Source: an uncultured virus (IMG/VR IMGVR_UViG_3300022555_003212)
Lineage: Duplodnaviria; Heunggongvirae; Uroviricota; Caudoviricetes
DNA length: 40,079 nucleotides
IMG/VR virus record: IMGVR_UViG_3300022555_003212
Direction: 5' to 3' (one strand)
Made by a program: the position numbers and the translations under genes. Position 1 is the stretch's first letter. Each line of letters begins with the position of its first letter. Below the pieces are notes generated by a model that searched no databases, was not told the DNA's origin, and was given only the letters and a program-made list of their open reading frames with translations. This document shows, piece after piece, positions 35,970 to 40,079 of the stretch.

Positions 35970-36334
35970 ACGCTGGGGTACGGATGTGTTGGGTTAATCA
36001 ATTCTGAAATTTCTTCTACAGTACCAATAAAACCTTTACCCATATCAGGGTTTTCCATATTATCAAATGGAAAATCTTTTATCCATAGTCTATTACCAGC
36101 AGCCCAAATTTCATAAGGCTTTCCTTCAATTAGAACATCAGCGTGAGGCCCTTCAAGTTCATCATAATACGTATCTCTGATGAGTCGAATCTTCCCACCG
36201 CACAACGCAACCAATTCTTTTAAAATTTCCTGAAACTCAGCAACTGAAGTTGTTTCTTTTTCTGTTCTAAACTCTGATCCACTCCACCCATTGAGGTTGC
36301 CTTCATTAAATGAATTCCAATTTTTTATTTTCAT
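35966..36334 (-). CDS. N-tagged hypothetical protein, no FDL; start revised to 36334
   Basis: MKIKNWNSFNE start. Confidence 0.75.
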   Translation of the reverse strand: MKIKNWNSFNEGNLNGWSGSEFRTEKETTSVAEFQEILKELVALCGGKIRLIRDTYYDELEGPHADVLIEGKPYEIWAAGNRLWIKDFPFDNMENPDMGKGFIGTVEEISELINPTHPYPSV

Positions 36335-36353
36335 TGATGCACTTATTTTTCTG

Positions 36354-36363
36354 TATATATAAA
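36354..36363 (-). promoter_or_regulatory. Putative late-type promoter TTTATATATA
   Basis: Upstream of ATG 36334 and downstream of a terminator. Confidence 0.5.
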
Positions 36364-36387
36364 AAAATGTGATCATTTTTTTAAAAT

Positions 36388-36417
36388 AAAAAAAGCCCAT
36401 TGGTGGGCTTTTCTTTT
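36388..36417 (-). terminator. Intrinsic terminator (possibly bidirectional)
   Basis: AAAAGCCCA-TTGG-TGGGCTTTT hairpin with A/T tracts on both sides. Confidence 0.75.
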
Positions 36418-36433
36418 ATGTATATTTGGTGAA

Positions 36434-37360
36434 TTAATCAAGTAAGTAGTCCAAATGCAATTCAAAAACTCTCCCCTGAAGAAATATTGCCATTTCTGAA
36501 GCGGTGAATTTGTGATAAACAGCTTTGTGCCAACCCAAGAAATCTGTACCATCTTGGGCATTTACAGCCTTATCTGACCCAGAAGCCTGAATCCAATGCT
36601 TGATATTATGATCAGTTGCATTTAGCAATTCATCATAAAGAGCACATTGATAAAAATTGTCACCGTCATGAAATAGGATTCTGATAAATTCATCACCCTT
36701 TCTTTTTGTTGGTTTATATGCACATTTAGCTTTCCATATTTTAAACCCCCATGGGTCAGTTAAATCTAAACGTTGTGGTGAATATTCAATCAATTTTGTA
36801 CCATCAGCCATCAGTAAATATTGTTGGTAAACCAATGGCTCAGCCTTTATAAAATCTTCCAGTGTGGGGAACACTGGCTGAACAGCAAACATTTCTTTTC
36901 TGATACTATTAAAAAACTCAAGCCCATTCATGACGGCTGGTCTTATTGGTCTGGTATCAACGCAACTTCCTTTTTTACCAACCTTTTTAAGAATTCCATC
37001 AAGATTATTCTGGCGAATTTTTAGCATTGATTCTTTTGCTATAAGTTCAGCATACCGATCTTTAAAAATCTTGGTGAATGTCGGTGGAATATTTTTGATT
37101 ACTTGGCTTGATGATCTTTTTGTTTTATTACCAGTTCCATTTGTTGCCTGAAGACATACTCCATATTTTGCCCAAAGACTATTAATGTATGCATCTTCGG
37201 AAGTCATATCTGGAGAATCGTTATCAATTCTCACACAAAAGGAATATGAAAATGATAATGAATTTAACTGGAGTTTTTTCTTTGCCATTTGTGCCACAAC
37301 ATCATTAAATTCGTTTGGGCATTCTTTTTTGGCATCAGCGGGAGTCAATGCAATTTCCAT
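36434..37360 (-). CDS. Hypothetical protein
   Basis: 308-aa ORF; no family recognised. Confidence 0.75.
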   Translation of the reverse strand: MEIALTPADAKKECPNEFNDVVAQMAKKKLQLNSLSFSYSFCVRIDNDSPDMTSEDAYINSLWAKYGVCLQATNGTGNKTKRSSSQVIKNIPPTFTKIFKDRYAELIAKESMLKIRQNNLDGILKKVGKKGSCVDTRPIRPAVMNGLEFFNSIRKEMFAVQPVFPTLEDFIKAEPLVYQQYLLMADGTKLIEYSPQRLDLTDPWGFKIWKAKCAYKPTKRKGDEFIRILFHDGDNFYQCALYDELLNATDHNIKHWIQASGSDKAVNAQDGTDFLGWHKAVYHKFTASEMAIFLQGRVFELHLDYLLD

Positions 37361-37363
37361 GGC

Positions 37364-37681
37364 TTATACTTTTTGGGGATTAAGGGGGCGACCTCTTTTT
37401 TTCTTTTCCGTTTGTACGGGGGCGGGAGCCGTTTCGATCACCTTTTCTTTTTCTTTTTCTTTTTTGGCAGTTTTTTCGATCTTCTTCATGGATTCTTCCA
37501 TATCTTTTCCTGTCAGTTTGAGAAGGAGTGCTTCACCGAGATCGATGGTATCCTTTACGTGCCCAACCATTCCTTCCTGATGCGCATATTCAAAATCAGA
37601 AAATTCGGTCAGCCACTTTCTACCATTTTTTATTTTTTGCTGAAGTAAGGATATCAACTTCAATGATTTTTTCTTTTTCAT
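37364..37681 (-). CDS. Basic protein with C-terminal AT-hook-like motif
   Basis: Lys/Glu-rich tail and KKRGRP. Confidence 0.7.
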   Translation of the reverse strand: MKKKKSLKLISLLQQKIKNGRKWLTEFSDFEYAHQEGMVGHVKDTIDLGEALLLKLTGKDMEESMKKIEKTAKKEKEKEKVIETAPAPVQTEKKKRGRPLNPQKV

Positions 37682-37712
37682 ATGATTAATTTTTAGTTAT
37701 ATTTTTGAAGTA

Positions 37713-37720
37713 CAAATGTA
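37713..37720 (-). promoter_or_regulatory. Bacteroidota-type -7 element (TACATTTG)
   Basis: TAnnTTTG between a terminator and ATG 37681. Confidence 0.55.
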
Positions 37721-37760
37721 CAGCTTTTTTTCGTAAGAAAAAAATCGAAACCAATTTTCT

Positions 37761-37788
37761 AAAAAAGAAAGCCCCCTTTCGGGGGCTC
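37761..37788 (-). terminator. Intrinsic terminator
   Basis: GCCCCC-GAAA-GGGGGC followed by TTTCTTTTTT on the minus strand. Confidence 0.8.
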
Positions 37789-37913
37789 TTCATCAACTAT
37801 TCTATTACACCCTCACTCTTGAGACAACTCTTTTTTCGAAACTTTTTTGGTGACGGGACCAGCCGAGTCCTTTCCGAGGTATTGGGCTTTTTTAAATAGA
37901 ACCACATTGTTGA

Positions 37914-38291
37914 CTAATATGGCGGATTGATATCCTGACCATAAAACGCTCCAAGATCGACAAGCTTTTGCCAATCATTTTTGCTAATACTATTCCTGTA
38001 CCATCTGGCATAGAATGGTGCCAAAGAATTTACCACCATTTCATTTTGCAGTTGGTAATCGTGATTGTCGCTTGACTCTCCACAATCAGTTTTATGTGAT
38101 CCACGGAAACCAGCACCCACATGAAATAATGCGTCTTCGTTAAGATTACTATAATTTGAAGTGCCCTTTTTAGCTTTCCTTATTGCCATCGATAACAATT
38201 TTGTTAATTGGTCATCAATAGGCTGGGCGGATTTTTCTTCTTTCTTAGGCTCCATGTAGAGCAAGAATTTTGATCTGTCGTTGCGATTCAT
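37914..38291 (-). CDS. Hypothetical protein
   Basis: 125-aa ORF with GxH..CG...S.N.DY pattern. Confidence 0.7.
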   Translation of the reverse strand: MNRNDRSKFLLYMEPKKEEKSAQPIDDQLTKLLSMAIRKAKKGTSNYSNLNEDALFHVGAGFRGSHKTDCGESSDNHDYQLQNEMVVNSLAPFYARWYRNSISKNDWQKLVDLGAFYGQDINPPY

Positions 38292-38292
38292 T

Positions 38293-38553
38293 TTAAAATA
38301 TTTTTTTACTTAAAAAATTATTTATTTTATTATTTATTTTTCCTTTAGAATTGGACGCATCTTCAATCCAAAGTATCGCATTTATCATCAAGTATATAAT
38401 AAGAGCAAGCCCAGTTAAATACCCACAAAAAAGTCCAATTATTCCATGAAGAAAAAAATGTCCAACAGTGACATCACCATTGTCCAATTTGGATAATATG
38501 ATTGCACTAACAAATCCAACCCCAATCCATGTTAAAAAAAATATTGAGTTCAT
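38293..38553 (-). CDS. Small two-helix membrane protein
   Basis: Two hydrophobic segments; paralog of 38550-38894 (NKINNFLSKKIF / NKLISFFNKRI ends). Confidence 0.7.
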   Translation of the reverse strand: MNSIFFLTWIGVGFVSAIILSKLDNGDVTVGHFFLHGIIGLFCGYLTGLALIIYLMINAILWIEDASNSKGKINNKINNFLSKKIF

Positions 38554-38894
38554 ATTCTTTTATTAAAAAATGATATTAGCTTATTTTTTAATTTTGAATT
38601 ATTATTTTCATACCACATGGAAATTGTCCCTAACAATAGACACAAAGATATGAAAAATAATTGAATAAATGCAACGATAATAGTAATATATCCGCCAATT
38701 GCACCTACAATAACCCCCCAAAAAAGATGTTTGATACGTAATATTTTTTCCCGCCCAGTACCATCAGTTCCAGTTATAAATGAATCAAGTAATTGATACA
38801 CTACACCAGAAATCGCTCCGCCACAAACCCACACTAAGATAAGTGTAGTAGCCGATGCATTTGAAATAAAATGTGGTAATTCGCCAGCTATCAT
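38550..38894 (-). CDS. Small membrane protein
   Basis: Two to three hydrophobic segments; paralog of 38293-38553. Confidence 0.7.
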   Translation of the reverse strand: MIAGELPHFISNASATTLILVWVCGGAISGVVYQLLDSFITGTDGTGREKILRIKHLFWGVIVGAIGGYITIIVAFIQLFFISLCLLLGTISMWYENNNSKLKNKLISFFNKRI

Positions 38895-39175
38895 TTATTA
38901 TTAGTTTTTATTTCAACTTCGGATATTAAATTTTTCATTTGATTAATAATGTTAATATCCGCCATGAAATCATGCGCCCAATCTTGCCTATATCCACAAT
39001 CTGGGCAAACCCAGCCATTTTTTGTAGCAACCAGAAATCCTTCGTGAATATCTGATAGCTTACATTTTTTAGATTTATTTTTACCACAAGTGAAAGGGTG
39101 CATAACCCCAGACTTCTGAAATTCGTTTAATGCTTCAACTTGAGCATCTGAAAATGGTGCAGTTATTTTAGCCAT
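38891..39175 (-). CDS. Small Zn-binding hypothetical protein; start revised to 39175
   Basis: MAKITAPF...HPFTCG...WVCPDCGYRQDWAH. Confidence 0.7.
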   Translation of the reverse strand: MAKITAPFSDAQVEALNEFQKSGVMHPFTCGKNKSKKCKLSDIHEGFLVATKNGWVCPDCGYRQDWAHDFMADINIINQMKNLISEVEIKTNNK

Positions 39176-40079
39176 GATAAAGATTATTTGCGATGCAGTA
39201 CTTATAGACATTTTCATCAATGAGTTGCAATATGAGTTGCTTTTCAATATTTTTTCCAAGCACTTCGTTGTGTGGGTCATTTGCCCAGCAAGTTGGAAAT
39301 AAAGTCCTAACTTCTGTTGATGAAACTTCTATAATATGATTTTCATTATTTAGAAAAATGTGAGGCGGTTTTAGATACCAATCAACATTTGGATTTATTT
39401 CGAATCCTTTTCTTGGCACCACGACAAACCGTGTCATTCTTTCCAGTTCTTGATAGTTGACCCACTTGTCGAAAGTGTTGGCATTATCCTGACCAATTAT
39501 CATACTGAAATTATATTGCTCTGTTAATTCAATTTCGTTTTTAAGACTTTTGAAAAAATAGTATGTCTCACCACGTAATTTATTTCTTATTTCGTAATCG
39601 AACACTTTAATACGACCATCTTTTTGTGCTGCCAGTTTACACATATTTAAACGATGTTCTGGGCTCTCCATTGGCTTATTATACATGTGGTGGTATGCTG
39701 GCATCAACCAGACCTCATCGAACTCCCCAGATGTATTTAAGACGAATTTGGCTAATTGTATATGTCCATTGGTGATCATATTAAACGCCCCCCCAAGAAT
39801 TGCGACTTTAACTTTTCTCCCCAAGGTTTTATATTGGGCGGCACGTCTCAATATTTTTTCAAGTGTTCTTTCAATATTTTCTTCAATGTCCCAACCATTC
39901 TCTGTATGAAGTTCGATAAGTGAACATAAAAGATCACCAGCTTCTTCTTTTAAGTTCAGAGTATCTTGCCACCTTTGAAGTTCGAAATTCTCACGATTAA
40001 TATCAGATAAGCGTTCACTCAACGGAGTATAACCGAAACAACGCTTAAATATTTCATCAATTTTATTTTGTGCATTCAT
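39168..40079 (-). CDS. nadD: MazG-like domain fused to nicotinate/nicotinamide-nucleotide adenylyltransferase
   Basis: N-terminal KEEAGDLL helix; LGGAFNMITNGH, DEVWLMP, IIGQDN..FDKW, VSSTEVR; start lies at the window edge. Confidence 0.8.
   Translation of the reverse strand: MNAQNKIDEIFKRCFGYTPLSERLSDINRENFELQRWQDTLNLKEEAGDLLCSLIELHTENGWDIEENIERTLEKILRRAAQYKTLGRKVKVAILGGAFNMITNGHIQLAKFVLNTSGEFDEVWLMPAYHHMYNKPMESPEHRLNMCKLAAQKDGRIKVFDYEIRNKLRGETYYFFKSLKNEIELTEQYNFSMIIGQDNANTFDKWVNYQELERMTRFVVVPRKGFEINPNVDWYLKPPHIFLNNENHIIEVSSTEVRTLFPTCWANDPHNEVLGKNIEKQLILQLIDENVYKYCIANNLYHG

Noticed and set aside
251..39909. Many short opposite-strand ORFs in the track (e.g. 251-496, 2459-2851, 9521-9766, 14188-14601, 29337-29633, 37185-37580)
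   Set aside because: They lie antisense to well-supported genes and have no motifs; treated as shadow ORFs.
1..40079. Alternative genetic code (TAG or TGA recoded)
   Set aside because: FDL is followed by TGA, TAA and TAG alike, and code 11 already gives dense coding; the in-frame TGA at 7245 is isolated.
1..40079. tRNA or rRNA genes
   Set aside because: No cloverleaf with a T-loop GTTCRA pattern was seen in the few intergenic gaps; a tRNAscan run would be needed to be certain.

Overview
AT-rich, gene-dense segment that reads as part of a large (jumbo/huge) dsDNA phage genome, probably infecting a Bacteroidota host. That host call is inferred from TAnnTTTG -7 promoter elements and the near-absence of Shine-Dalgarno sites. 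No capsid, terminase or polymerase gene lies in the window, so the phage call is also an inference. The dominant feature is a ~22 kb minus-strand array (2615-25006, outliers at 28014 and 33898) of short genes with unrelated middles but shared ends. Almost all start with an MKYLKxYE / MKKYxxFINE peptide resembling the T4 internal-protein capsid-targeting sequence, and 37 ORFs in the track plus 6 hidden remnants or mini-genes end in (K/R/Q)-F-D-L/M-COOH. The genes are chained by ATGA stop/start overlaps. Their cargo includes 8 ankyrin-repeat proteins and several unknown paralogous families. Tag-only 'empty cassettes' (e.g. MKYLKGSRFDL) lie between genes. A second set of small genes carries a different C-terminal tag (RxxKLxx[LI]) and its own promoter (AAACTTTT-N14-TATAAT). 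The right part encodes an ADP-ribosylglycohydrolase, two GIY-YIG nucleases, a CoA-biosynthesis cluster (CoaE, CoaC fused to an M23 peptidase, CoaB, HD hydrolase), a methyltransferase, an NT5C-type nucleotidase and a MazG-like/NadD fusion.
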